Below are positions 26,050 to 38,525 of a stretch of DNA of 64,000 bases, in pieces. Each line of letters opens with the position of its first letter. The stretch's first letter is position 1. The stretch lies in assembly GCA_964016885.1 (NCBI GenBank), contig OZ024743.1, forward strand, positions 96,410,001 through 96,474,000, read 5' to 3'. The DNA is from Eledone cirrhosa. Taxonomy: Eukaryota. Made by a program: the position numbers and the translations under genes. The notes beneath the pieces were generated by a model, which was not told where the DNA came from, made no database searches, and worked only from the letters and a program-made list of their open reading frames with translations.

Positions 26050-26715
26050 GATGAAAGTGAAAATAGATGTTGCTGGGATTTGAGCAGAAGGAAGTCTGTG
26101 TAGTGCAGGTGAATGGGATTTCACTGAAGCAGGTGGAGACGTTCAAGAATCCCAGGGCTGTGTTCATAAGTTATGGAAGGCTGGAAGCAGAATTAAGTGC
26201 AAGAATTACAGGAATTGGTGCAGTAATGCATCAGCTTCAGAATTCTGTTATCAGAAGAAGGGAGATAGGGGTAAATCCAAACTCGGTATCTTCAATTCAG
26301 TAGTTGTGCTAACCCTTTGGTAATGACTAAAAGAATATGATCATGCATACCGGTGGCCAAAATGGGGCTCCTCTGCAGAGTCTTTGGAGTAATGTTACTC
26401 AATAGAGTACATAGCTCGGGTATCAGATAATTGCTCCAGTTAGAGCCAATACTTCTCCAAAGTCACAGATCAGATACTACGGGCATGTGGTTAGAATGTT
26501 TCAGGAAAGAATCACTGGACAAATTTTACAAGCAAAACCAGCCAGCAGGTGACCCAGGGGTAGACTTCGAGCAAGATGTTTGGATAACATGCATGAGCTT
26601 GGCTGGTCTCACTTAGGGATTCAGCCAGATCAATTGGAGATGGTTGTTTCTGACAGAACTTGCTGGAAGGAGTGGTTAAGGACTCTGCCTCCATGATCCT
26701 CCCTGGAATAAGTGA
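26050..26715 (+). mobile_element. old degenerate RTE LINE fragment (family lacking the PHD insert)
   Basis: VQVNGISLKQVETFK..GRLEAELSARITGIGAVMHQL; homologous to 59240-60000. Confidence 0.7.
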
Positions 26716-28872
26716 ATAAAAAAAAAGTAAATCTGCCCACCTTTCATAATGTGATGAAATACTGTGTAGTTCATTAGAAATATGACCACAAACGGGTTAA
26801 TTCTAGAATATATAAAAGACATTGTAACTGAGAATTGTGTACCATTTCACCTGGCTAATTCGTATCCTAAATATTTTTTATATAACTTTTGTAGCAGACA
26901 AGAACTGCACTGTTGTCTTGAAATCTCCTGGTTTAGAATATATTTTTTATTGATTATTGCCGTCTTGAAAATATGATGCTAACCTTATACATGTAAGGAT
27001 TGAATCTCCAAGACACCTGTACAATTTTGTTTCCCTTTAGCTATTAGTAATATATAAAATCATTTCTATTGACTGTGTCATCTTGAATCATTTTGTTTCC
27101 TGCATTTTAACTATTTATGAAAGAAAAAATCCTACAGTAAAATTGGAAACATTTGCTATTAATTTTCTTTTTAATTTTTCGAATTTTTAAATTTAACTTT
27201 TCCATTTGTTTTTTTCGCTTTTCAAATTCTTTTTTTTTATTGTTTATTGATTGAAATGTTGAACAAAGTTAGAACAGTTATTTGTATTTGCTTAGGCATA
27301 ATGTTCATCACTGCCATTTAAGAAACCATATTTTGGTGTATATCTCTTGTGGAACAATATTGATTTTATAAGCTAACTTGATTAATTAGCTGCAATTGTT
27401 GTTTCTTATTAAAATATCTCATGGTAAATTTGACAATGAAATTTTTATGTTATTATGGACATTTTATAGTTTAAATAAAATTTTATTAAGCAAATTTACA
27501 AAAACTACATTAAAAAAAGTCTTAAAATTGGATTTAACTTTTATAGAATTTTAAAAAGTCAGAAAACTTTGTCATGTAAATCTACATGTTGGGCTTAGGC
27601 ATTTTCCTAACGATTTCTTGCTTTAATTTGTGAGTCCAATATTTATTCTAATCAGTTTAATTTCTGAGAATGCCTTCTCTAGCTGTCTTTAGGTATGTCC
27701 ATCCATTTTGCACAAATCAATTTAATTACTTTCTCTTTGCATTCTCCTATTGATTTCGTTTTTCCTCAAAAAAAAATCATTCCATTTCCTTATAAGTGTG
27801 TTATCTTAATGAAAGTCAATGATTGTCTTATGAAATCACTTTCGTCCTGTCCACAGTAATCTCTCTCTACTAAGCTGGGAGAATTACATTGTCAGAAAAG
27901 AGTGATGAGTGTGGAATGGGCCTTCATCTGTTTCAACAACAAGTGTTCCAGTTGTTCAATCAATGTGACACCTTGCTTGGAAAATTACGGTACAGGTTGC
28001 TGAGCATTCCACAGACATATGTATTCTTATTGAATTTCTCAGGGAGATTCAGATATTAATTTGTAGGGTCAGTTTAAAAGGTATTAATTTTTGCTTAAAA
28101 TGTACATTCATCTCATATATTTGAGTTTATGAATGTTTAACTGGTGAAAGTTATAAAACTTTGCCTTTCATCCTTATGGGGTCAATAAAATAAAGTACCA
28201 GTAATGCACTGGGATAATTGCTGGCCTTGTGCCAAAAGTAGAAACAATTATATTTATTCCTTTTATAATCCAAGAACAGTTTTATATAATACAACGTTAA
28301 TCTGGTTTTTAGTTGCTGTTTCTGATCTATGAGGAAACTATACAGCTTTCTCAGATCAGTAATTGAAACATCTTTAAAACCTTTCCATATTTTTACTTAG
28401 TTTCTTGTTTCCAAGGGTATTATATTCAGCATTTTTATATTTTTCATCTCTAGAATTACCTCCTCAGTCTTTAACCCTTTAGCATTTAAACTGGCCATAT
28501 CTGGCTAGAATTCTCTCACCTCTTTCTGTTCAAACTGGCTGTAACTGATGTTAAGGTATTGTTCTCAAAATAAATAATATCAAAATCTCATAGATTCAAT
28601 ATCATATGAGATAATTATGTGAGTAGAGCCTTTACTGTGAAAATACAGTAGTATATATAGAGTAATGTAAATGTTATGTGAGATATTATGTGAGGTAAAA
28701 CCTTTACTGTGAAAATACAATAGTATATATAGAGTAATGTAAATGTTATGTGAGATATTATGTGAGGTAAAACCTTTACTGTGAAAATACAATAGTATAT
28801 ATAGAGTAATGTAAATGTTATGTGAGATATTATGTGAGGTAAAGACTTTACTGTGAAAATACAATAGTATAT

Positions 28873-29031
28873 ATCATCATGATCATCATCATCAGGTTTA
28901 GCGTCCGTGTTCCACGCTTGCATGGGTTTGGACGGGGGTTTTCCCACTTGAGGCAAGAGTGGTTGTCTTGCTCGCATAGGACTGTCTGGCGGGTTTTCTA
29001 CAGTTGGATGCCCTTCCTAACACCAACCACA
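28873..29031 (-). mobile_element. RTE family B 3' tail inserted in the minisatellite
   Basis: Matches the reverse complement of ~13630-13790. Confidence 0.85.
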
Positions 29032-29280
29032 TAGAGTAATGTAAATGTTATGTGAGATATTATGTGAGGTAAAGCCTTTACTGTGAAAATACAATAGTAT
29101 AGATAGAGTAATGTAAATGTTATGTAAGATATTATGTGAGGTAAAGATTTTACTGTGAAAATACAATAGTATAGATAGAGTAAGGTAAAGACTTTACTGT
29201 GAAAATACAATAGTATATATAGAGTAATGTAAATGTTATGTGAGATATTATGTGAGGTAAAGACTTTACTGTGAAAAATA

Positions 29281-29471
29281 TAATTGTTTCTACTTTTGGC
29301 ACAAGGCCAGCAATTACCCAGTACATTACTGGTACTTTATTTTATCGACCCCGTAAGGATGAAAGGCAAAGTTAACCTCGGCGGGATTTGAACTCAGAAT
29401 GGCAAGGGCCGTAACTCTATGCGTCAAAGCATACCGTCCGACTCTCTACCGATACTGCCAATCCACCACCC
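29281..29471 (-). mobile_element. second tRNA-derived SINE lineage (~190 bp, ACAATT tail)
   Basis: A box tggcagtatcgg, B box gagttcaaatcc, central gcctttcatccttacggggtcgataaaat; ~20-bp TSD ctttactg.gaaaaatataat. Confidence 0.85.
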
Positions 29472-30960
29472 TTTACTGGGAAAAATATAATAGTATATAA
29501 TAGTATATATAGAGTAATGTAAATGTTATGTGAGATATTATGTGAGGTAAAGCCTTTACTGTGAAAATACAATAGTATAGATAGAGTAATGTAAATGTTA
29601 TGTGAGATATTATGTGAGGTAAAGACTTTACTGTGAAAAATATAATTGTATATAATAGTATATATAGAGTAATGTAAATGTTATGTGAGATATTATGTGA
29701 GGTAAAGCCTTTACTGTGAAAATACAATAGTATATATAGAGTAATGTAAATGTTATGTGAGATATTATGTGAGGTAAAGCCTTTACTGTGAAAATACAAT
29801 AGTATAGATAGAGTAATGTAAATGCTAAAGAGTTAAAAATCAAAGCAAAACAAATAACAACTATGTCTGCTCTATGTGGTCGATTTTCAATGTCATTAGA
29901 TCAGAGGATATATCGTCTAGCTCTGCATTCTGAGTTTAAATCCCACCAACGTCCAATTTGCCTGTCATCCTTTCAACATTTATAAAGTATCATTCTATTG
30001 CTGGTGCTGCCCCCTCTCTTCCAGCTGTCATATCCTGGTTATTCTGATGGATCATAGGGGAGAGAGTTGAAAGGAGGGTTTTTATGTCTGCTCCTGCACC
30101 TAAAATATTTTGTGAAAGCATTGTACATATTACCAAGATGTGTTTGAATGCGACAGCCATAGTAGTTTATCCTACTCTATAACAAATACTCAATTAGCTA
30201 CATTAACCTTATTTAAGCTTTCTATCTTCCATTCCATAGAGTTCTATTAGGCTATGCATTTACATTTCCTTATAGATTCTGTTCAGAATAATTATTATAA
30301 CAACACTGCTTTCAAATCCTTATTGAAGATGTTAAATGCTAGCTGAGGAAAAAATGACCTTGAAGATGATAATAGTAAATTGGTGAGGAAAATGAACCCT
30401 GTAACGACTGGAAAGGAATTATACTCAGTTTCATGATGAAACTTTTAATTCTTCATCATTTACTCAGCATCTATCCATTTTCTTTAATTTTAGTTGTTTT
30501 TGTTGTTGTTTAGCCACTGCCAGCCTTAATCAAAAACATTTCTGCTGTGACCATCTTATTTTTTTGTATATTAGGGGCTTGATTGTCTAGTGTTTTCATT
30601 CTCTTTTTTTTTTAAGGTAGTAGAGTACCATTTGAGTGAGATTTGGCTACTATGTCAGGCAAGTCTAGAAACCACACAGAGGCTCCTTTGTTGGCTCCTT
30701 ATCTTTACTTTTATATAATATATGTCTTCAACAGGTCAGATAAAGGGGTTGTTATAAGCCTATTCAGATAGTGGCAATAAAGTTGTGGGAGGTGTCCCAA
30801 AGTAGGATTATTTATCACACTTTCATGGCTTGGAAAAATCAGAGGCTATGGTAAACACTCTTGTAGAAGATGCCACAGAGTACAATCAGACCTGAGACCT
30901 CATGATTGTGAAGCAAACCTTTATAATCACACAGCCACATCTGCAGCCATATAGTTCCCT

Positions 30961-31214
30961 GCACACACACACATATATACACACACACATATATACATAT
31001 ACACACACACATATATATACACACACATATATATACACACACATATACATATACACACACACATATATACATATACACACACATATATATATACACACAC
31101 ACATATATATATACACACACACACATATATATACATACACATATATACATATACACGCACACATATATACATACACACACACACACACACATATATACAC
31201 ACATATATACACAC

Positions 31215-31260
<46 letters not shown>
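30961..31260. repeat. (CA)n/(TA)n compound microsatellite
   Basis: Direct inspection. Confidence 0.95.
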
Positions 31261-31261
<1 letters not shown>

Positions 31262-31462
31262 ACGAAGGAAGTGTGGTAAGGAACCAGGTGGACCATAATG
31301 CACCAGAGTACTCAATACTTTGGGTAGTAGAGTGAGTAATAGGAAAATGTTCAAGACCCCGACGGCAGAGCTCAAGCCGTTTCAATTACTATTTCTGGTC
31401 GTCCAGAAATAGTCATTGAAATGGCTTGAGCTCTGCTGTCGGAGTCTTGAACATTTTCTTAT
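31261..31462. mobile_element. fold-back pLTR-like module
   Basis: Inverted arms ~31338-31398 and ~31403-31462; same family as 23120. Confidence 0.7.
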
Positions 31463-31494
31463 ATATATATACACATATATATATATATATATAT

Positions 31495-32525
31495 TATATT
31501 ATATTTTGAGAATAAACTCTCAGTCGTTTACAATAATTAAGCTCCAGGAAGGGGCTCTTCCGAGCAGTTAAATACATTTAAAGTATATGATAAACACGAA
31601 ATGTGTTTACATTGCAACAGACAAAGTTAGCTAGCGGTGGATTGGCAGTATCGGTAGAGGGTTTGACGCCATGCTTTCCAGCATAGTTACGTCCCTTTAT
31701 GATCTGAGTTCAAATCCCGCCGAGGTTGACTTTGCCTTTCATCCTTACGGGGTCGATAAAATAAAGTACCAGTAATGCACTGGGTAATTGCTGGCCTTGT
31801 GCCTAAAGTAGAAACAATTAATGAAATAAACTAATAAAAGTGAATACAATTTGTCTGTCTCGATACAAGTCAATAAAGACAAGCTTATATTGGCAACGGC
31901 CATGATTCATGGACATATTTAAATTTCAAAATTCAAACCTGTTCTGTAAACGAATTTGAACCTCGAAACCCAAATAAGTTTCGCAACGGTGGAATGTGAA
32001 TTGAAAAATAAAGAGAATCGAAATGGAATAGAAATAAAAGAGTGAAATACCCAAATCATCTGTGCTTATCAACAGGAATCCAGTAAGATTAGTCTATCTC
32101 ACATCAAAAATTTTGCAGGTCTGACTACACGTGCGTAGGCAGGCCAAAACTAGCTATCCCACATTCACGGTGCTAGAAATAACAGCCGCTTATGCAGGAT
32201 TAAGGATCAGCTCTTACAATAAAGGAGCTATACATTATATTATATTTTGAGAATAAACTCTGTCGTTTACAATAATTAAGCTCCAGGAAGGGGCTCTTCC
32301 GAGCAGTTAAATACATTTAAAGTATATGATAAACACGAAATGTGTTTACATTGCAACAGACAAAGTTAGCTATTAATGAAATAAACTAATAAAAGTGAAT
32401 ACAATTTGTCTGTCTCGATACAAGTCAATAAAGACAAGCTTATATTGGCAACGGCCATGATTCCTGGACATATTTAAATTTCAAAATTCAAACCTGTTCT
32501 GTAGACGAATTTGAACCTCGAAACC

Positions 32526-32530
<5 letters not shown>
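31495..32530 (-). mobile_element. non-coding TA-inserted element, ~1.5 units in direct tandem
   Basis: 32240-32530 is nearly identical to 31497-31975 once the SINE is removed; related to 21284-21860. Confidence 0.75.
31634..31820 (+). mobile_element. second-lineage SINE inserted in the first tandem unit
   Basis: The empty site is visible in the second unit (gttagcta|ttaatgaaat at ~32366). Confidence 0.9.
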
Positions 32531-32589
<59 letters not shown>

Positions 32590-32592
<3 letters not shown>

Positions 32593-32862
32593 TCATCATC
32601 GTTTAACGTCTATCTTCCACGCTAGCATGGGTTAGATGGGTTTGTCCTACTCGAGGCAAGCTGGGTCAGGTAACCATGTCGTGTTCATACAGAACTATTT
32701 CTGGCTGGTTTTCTATGGCTGGATGCCCTTCCTAATGCCAACCACAAGTGTGTGCTGGGGGCTTTTTGTCAATCCAACTTGCTTCTAAATGGGACAAACC
32801 TGTCTAACCCATGCTAACATGGAAGATGGACGTTAAACGATAATGACAATGATGATGATGAT
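32590..32862. mobile_element. two RTE-type 3' tails joined head-to-head
   Basis: (CAT)n-cgtttaacgtc..catgggttaga on the left; tctaacccatg..gacgttaaacg-(GAT)n on the right. Confidence 0.75.
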
Positions 32863-32941
32863 ATATATACACACATACATCTGAATATGCATGTGACTTT
32901 CTACATCGAAGCATCACTCAATGTAAGTATGTATGAATTTA

Positions 32942-32992
<51 letters not shown>

Positions 32993-32998
32993 GTATAT

Positions 32999-33339
32999 GG
33001 AGGCACATGGCTTAGTGGTTAGAGCATTGGCCTTGCAATCGAAAGGTTGTGAGTTCAATTCTCAGACCGGGTGATGTGTTGTTTCCTTGAGCAAGACACT
33101 TTATTTCACATTGCTCCAGTTTACTCAGCTGTAGAAATGATAGGGACTGGGGTCCCTATCATTCCACTGCAAAGTGGTCGTGCAGGTGCCACGGCAAAAA
33201 AGCACCCAGCACTCACTGTAAATGAGGTTGGTGTTAGGAAGGGCATCCAGCTGTAGAAATCAAGCCAGAATCAGTTCCCGTCCCACCCTTGCAAGCAGGG
33301 AAAAAGCGGACGTAAAATGAAATGATGATGAATGAAATG

Positions 33340-33340
<1 letters not shown>
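32999..33340 (+). mobile_element. tRNA-derived CORE-SINE with RTE-derived tail
   Basis: Full head tggcttagtggttagagc..gagttcaattc, CORE-like block, hairpin atgatagggac/gtccctatcat, RTE tail. Confidence 0.9.
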
Positions 33341-33371
<31 letters not shown>

Positions 33372-34288
33372 TCATTCATACATACTTATGTGATAGTAGA
33401 TAATTGTGACAGAAGATGATCAACAAAGACATAGCAAGAGGTAGTGATGCTGGATCTCAGGATATTTGTTCTTGACTTGATGACACGAGGTGATTTCTAT
33501 ATCGCAGCCCTGTCAAGCCTATGTCAGTTTCGAAGAATAGACATTAAAACAGTAACAATGGTGGTGATTATCATGTGTATCATCATCATCATCACCCATT
33601 AGTTTTCACTGCTAGCAAGTGTGATGTATATATGTATGTATGTATGTGTGTGTTTGTGTGTGTATGCATGCATCCATGCATATGTATAGAGAGAAATGCT
33701 TTGATTTAAATTCATTATGTTACAGCTCAGATGGAGATTCAATCACAGAATGTTATTTCTGTTATTCGCTGTCTAGTCACTGAGAGTAATGACTAATTTA
33801 TTCCCGTAATTTTGAAGAAATCCAAATATAGTCTGAAATATGGAATTTTGAGAATTATTTTTCTTTTTATAATTGCATCGTAGAAGTGAGCTGATAACAG
33901 TTTAAAATATACATATGCTGTTAAATTCATATTTGTTTCATTTTACCATAGTTAATTAGTTCCCCCTGTTTCCTACACAGCATTGGTCAATGAGAGATCT
34001 CCAGTCAGTACAGTTACAAGCCCTGTCAAGTTCCTGCTCCCAGGCCAGGCTCATTGTCATGTCCTCAATCCACAGTCCTAAACCTGATCTCAATATCTCT
34101 GCCATGCTCCCTTCATTCTCTCTCTGGCTTCGACCAGAGAATGGCTCTCATTAGTCTCTTTATGGGCATGCATAGTATATAGCCAAGCATCTTTTGCCAT
34201 CTTTGGTTGATGGTATCTGTTTATTTAGCCTTCTTTCTATGACCCAATGTGGACATGCAAACAAATTTCTATAGTACTATATACGACT

Positions 34289-34922
34289 ATGGATGTGTAA
34301 CAGTAATATACGTGAACGACAAAGCATAAAGGAATTGAGAGAGAGACTGAGCATAAGAGGAATCAAATGCTGCGTGCAGGAGAGGCGGTTACGCTGGTAT
34401 GGACATGTGATGCGTATGAAGGATGACAGCTGCATAAAAAGGTGCAGAGCACTAGAAGTTGATGGAAACCGCGGAGTGGGGAGACCCAAGATGACTTGGG
34501 ATGAGGTGATAAAAGCCGACCTTACCCAACTACACCTCTCAAAGTCAATGACACACGACCGTGACTTCTGGCGTCACGCAGTAATACAGGGTACCCGACC
34601 TCCCATGGGTACATGCTGAAGCATATAAACAATATGCCCCCCCCCCCTCCACCGCAAGGTGGCCGTGGAGGTGCCACGGCAAAAAAGCACCCAGCCCACA
34701 CTGTAAAGTGGACGTGTAGGCGCCACGAAAAAGCACCCAGCACTCACTGTAAATGAGGTTGGTGTTAGGAAGGGCATCCAGCTGTAGAAATCAAGCCAGA
34801 TCAGTTCCTGTATGAGCAAGGCATGGTCAGCCGACCAGACACTGCCCACAACAGGACAACCCGTCTAACCCATGCTAGCGTGGAAGAACGGACGTAAAAC
34901 GGTGATGATGATGATGATGATG
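34289..34922 (+). mobile_element. RTE family A 3' fragment
   Basis: ORF 34293-34619 is almost identical to the C-terminus of 6753-8378; (GAT)n tail. Confidence 0.95.
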
Positions 34923-35796
34923 ACAGCTGGTATTTTGAGATGTTTTCAAATCCACAGCCGACTGAATAAATCAGTAAAAGTGTTGCAGCCTCCCACCAAC
35001 TTCTTAAAAGTTTAATTATATAAAAGCAAACAAGTGTTGAAATCTTTTTAAGAGAAGAGATTGACATTAATGCAAAGAAATATGTACAGCTCAGTAAAAA
35101 CATTTGCAATTTCTACATTCCTACGTCGTATCACTTTCTGGTTTACCCCAAAAGCTGGCGTCACATCTGTGGAATATACATGGTACACAAAGCTCAAATA
35201 CAATTTCTTAATTTGAAATCTAACTCATGCCATTACTACATTATAACAAGTCTTTATGTAGATGAACATCCTGTTAGAAAAAGCAGCATAAGTTTCCCTT
35301 AATCTACTGCCTTGAAAATGGTGGGGCACAGTGGATTGTGTAGTCCTAGATATGCTATGACTGAAAATAAGAGATTGAGGCTGGAACAGTTTTGACCCTA
35401 GATTGCATGATCATGGCTTCTAGTGCTAAACAACAACAAAAAGCCAGACTACAGTTTTACTAATAGTACTATACTTATGGGATAACCACTACCAGTACTA
35501 CTTCTTATTCCTCCTTGCCCCTCTTTTGCCCATCCATCTCTATGAATATGATATTAGAAAAATGCTAGGAAAATTTATCATATTTTGAAACTTTCAACTT
35601 TCCTACAAACGCTAGATTGCCATCTTTGATGATCCTTTATGGCAACCATAACATGACAAGCGCACTGTATAACAAAAAGCTAGGTTTTATCTTTCATGGT
35701 CACACTGAGTATCAGTAAGACCTTGTATAATATTTTTTCTCTTTACAATGCATTCAAATATTCATAAGTGTAGGTTACCTTACCTATATCCACTAC

Positions 35797-36960
35797 AGGG
35801 TGGGCAAACTAGGTAGTACCTATACAGTCCAAAATTATAAATATTACTTGTTGAATATTAAAAGTAAATGATTTCCAACTCATTACAAATAAACTAATGT
35901 ACTGCATGGAATCTAATATATAAGTCGTTAAATGACTACCGTTTTGATGTTAGACAAGCTCAATTTCTGCTTTGGTTCAATATCAATGTATATTTTATGT
36001 ACAAATATATTAATCCCACATGTCACGAAATCAGCACATGAATGAATTAGATATCATGTCATGAAGACATAAATGATTTTGCCTTCCATTAAGTGTCATC
36101 ATAGAGTGATGAGTGAGCATATGTTTATTACATTTAGCAAGTGTCAGGTTGATCCAAACACTGTGAGTGGAAGATGGAAGTTGTACTGAAGCCTCTCAGA
36201 TAGACTGTACTTGTTCTTGTTTAGTATATGTAATCTGTTGAGTTTAATATCACCACCTAGCCATTGGGTAGACAGCAAGATGTTGCAAGAATTTCAACTA
36301 GGAATCTAATCTTAGGATAACGTATGGTTTCTTTTAACTTTTCATCACCAGTTATGGAGCCCCCAAGAAAAAGGTCATAAGTGAGGCTCTTTTTCCTTTG
36401 ACTTAGCCATAAAAAAGATATAAGTTGAATCTGCTGAACAAGCAACTGTACTTTTTGTTTAATACAACATTACATATCTAAAACATTAACATTATAAAAC
36501 ATTTATATTACATACTATTGATCAAAATGTGCATATTGCAACAAAATCGTTAAGAATATTTCGTTTCTTACAAATCATTTTTGAGATTATTTCATTTGAA
36601 CAAGAGTGGAGTGAAACAGCTTTTGTATAAATTAAATACTTTATCGATATGAAAATGTCTCCAAATAAATTTAATCAGACACAAACTGCTCCATTATTTC
36701 ATTACTTTATTCCAGATGTATTCTGAAACTAATCTTCTCCTTAGCACCCAAATAGTATCCAAAGAATCTATGTACATAAAGCTATTCACAAGAGCACTCA
36801 GTCCATTAGTTAAATAAATTCCTTCAATTGTTCTGTTGATTTTTGTTGTAATTTGCAAGATCTTATAAGATTCAACAGTTCCTTGAGAGAGCCATCTGTT
36901 ACTGTACTCTTCTTGCATTTTTAGTTACATTACACTTCCCAGTTTCTCTTTTATTTCATT
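35797..36960 (-). mobile_element. possible ancient hAT (Charlie/Buster-type) transposon remnant
   Basis: cagggtgggcaaac terminus-like sequence at 35797; scattered minus-strand motifs RWLSQG and VFGST; heavily decayed. Confidence 0.3.
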
Positions 36961-37115
36961 ATTCTAACATTGGCATGGATATGTGTTAAGTAACTTACAT
37001 ACATTTACATACATTCTTGGGGATTACACAAGATCTTAGTTTTATAAATAATTTCAGTGAGTGCATAACCTCTCTTACGTTTCCAGTCATGTTGAACAAG
37101 ACAATGTCTTACACA

Positions 37116-37220
37116 TAACTGTTTCTACTTTTGGCACAAGGCCAGCAAATACTCAGTACATTACTGGTACTTTACTTTATTGACCCCGTAAGGATAAAAG
37201 GCAAAGTTAACCTCGACGGG
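37116..37220 (-). mobile_element. second-lineage SINE, 3' half
   Basis: Matches 29281-29390. Confidence 0.8.
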
Positions 37221-38034
37221 ATATAAATGAGCCAACAATGATGCCTCTATATAGTGGTTTGACTTGCTACAAATAGCAGCCAAATCCCACCTCCAACTAT
37301 ATACTACTTTGTGGTCTTAAAAAGAAATGGGTTTATCGGGTTATGCATTCCTGGAACCACTATAACTCAAGCAAGAAGAGGTAAACTGGTCATGGCTGGA
37401 ATGCTTTTGATCACAGATCTTTTGACTTGAGCTTACTTGGGGCTAAACAACACAATAAAATCCAGCCAGTATCCCCTGTAAAGTTATTGGGGAGGGAATT
37501 GGAGAAAGTGTAAAGCAAAGATAATGGATGAATCCTACCTTGGACTAAACAATGTCTCTAATGCTGGTGCTAAAATAAACAACAACCAGAACACTCTGTA
37601 AAGGGGTTGACACTGAAAAGGAGATTTCAATGTAGGAATCATGCCAAAAAAGTTGAACCTATTAGCAACACATTGTTCCCAGCCAACTACTTCTCAGAAG
37701 TTATCTACTTCTATGATTATGTGTATAAAGGATAATATTTGTTGTGAAAGCACACAAACTACTGGTTAAGTCAGTAACCTCAACTAAGAACCAACTCAGG
37801 TGGTGGGAAATCTTTCAAACCATGTCAGTAAAGGAATCGAATGTAAAAGGATGATGGTGATGATATATATATATATAACAAAGAAAGCATGGTAAGAAAT
37901 CAGGTGACCATAACGGACCAGAGTACTTGATACTTAGGGTAGTAGAGTGGGGTCCTGACTCTATATATAATATATATCATATATATATATCATTTATATA
38001 TGATATATATATATCATATATATCATATATATAT

Positions 38035-38525
38035 GCAAGAGAGAAGATTGCATAGAAAGATAACAACTGCATAAAGAAATGCAGAGAAACCTCAGTGGCT
38101 GGGACCTCAGAGGTAGACCCAAGAAGACATGGGATGAGGTTGTGAAGACTGACCTTAAAAAACTAAAGCTCACAACAAAAAAGACTAAAGACCATGAGAG
38201 TTGGTACTATGGGGTTCTGAAAAAGACCCGACCTGCTACGTACAATCTAGCCTGACCTACCCTTGCATCCTACCCTTCTACTAACACTCATTCACAGCTA
38301 TTCTCAACACCACTACACCACCACCCTCACTGAAAACACCCCAGCCCCCTCCCCGCACACGACTCCTGTGGCACTCAGAAGAATGTGAGACCATACATAA
38401 GTGACATGGTACATCCCTGGCCTGACTGGGAGATTAGAAGCCCTGCTTCAGTACTGACATGATCTATATAGACTCAGCCAACCCTTACAAGCAAGGAAAG
38501 CTGATGTTAAAATGACGATGATGAT
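38035..38525 (+). mobile_element. diverged RTE 3' end (related tails at ~4435-4518 and ~44830-44950)
   Basis: Coding remnant GRPKKTWDEVVKTDL..KKTR; tail cccttacaagcaaggaaagctgatgttaaaatgacgatg. Confidence 0.7.

Larger units (their letters stand above)
28475..29832 (+). mobile_element. piggyBac-type MITE expanded by an internal 72-bp minisatellite, with nested RTE-B tail and SINE
   Basis: TTAA at 28471 and 29833; both termini present; ~13 units of ctttactgtgaaaatacaatagtatatatagagtaatgtaaatgttatgtgagatattatgtgaggtaaa. Confidence 0.85.

Noticed and set aside
28580-29843. CRISPR-like array or 24-aa repeat protein
   Set aside because: Contiguous 72-bp tandem units with no unique spacers, derived from the MITE; eukaryotic context, no cas genes
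32999-33070. tRNA genes at SINE heads
   Set aside because: A and B boxes are present, but the acceptor stem is poor and each head runs into CORE and LINE-derived tail; these are SINEs
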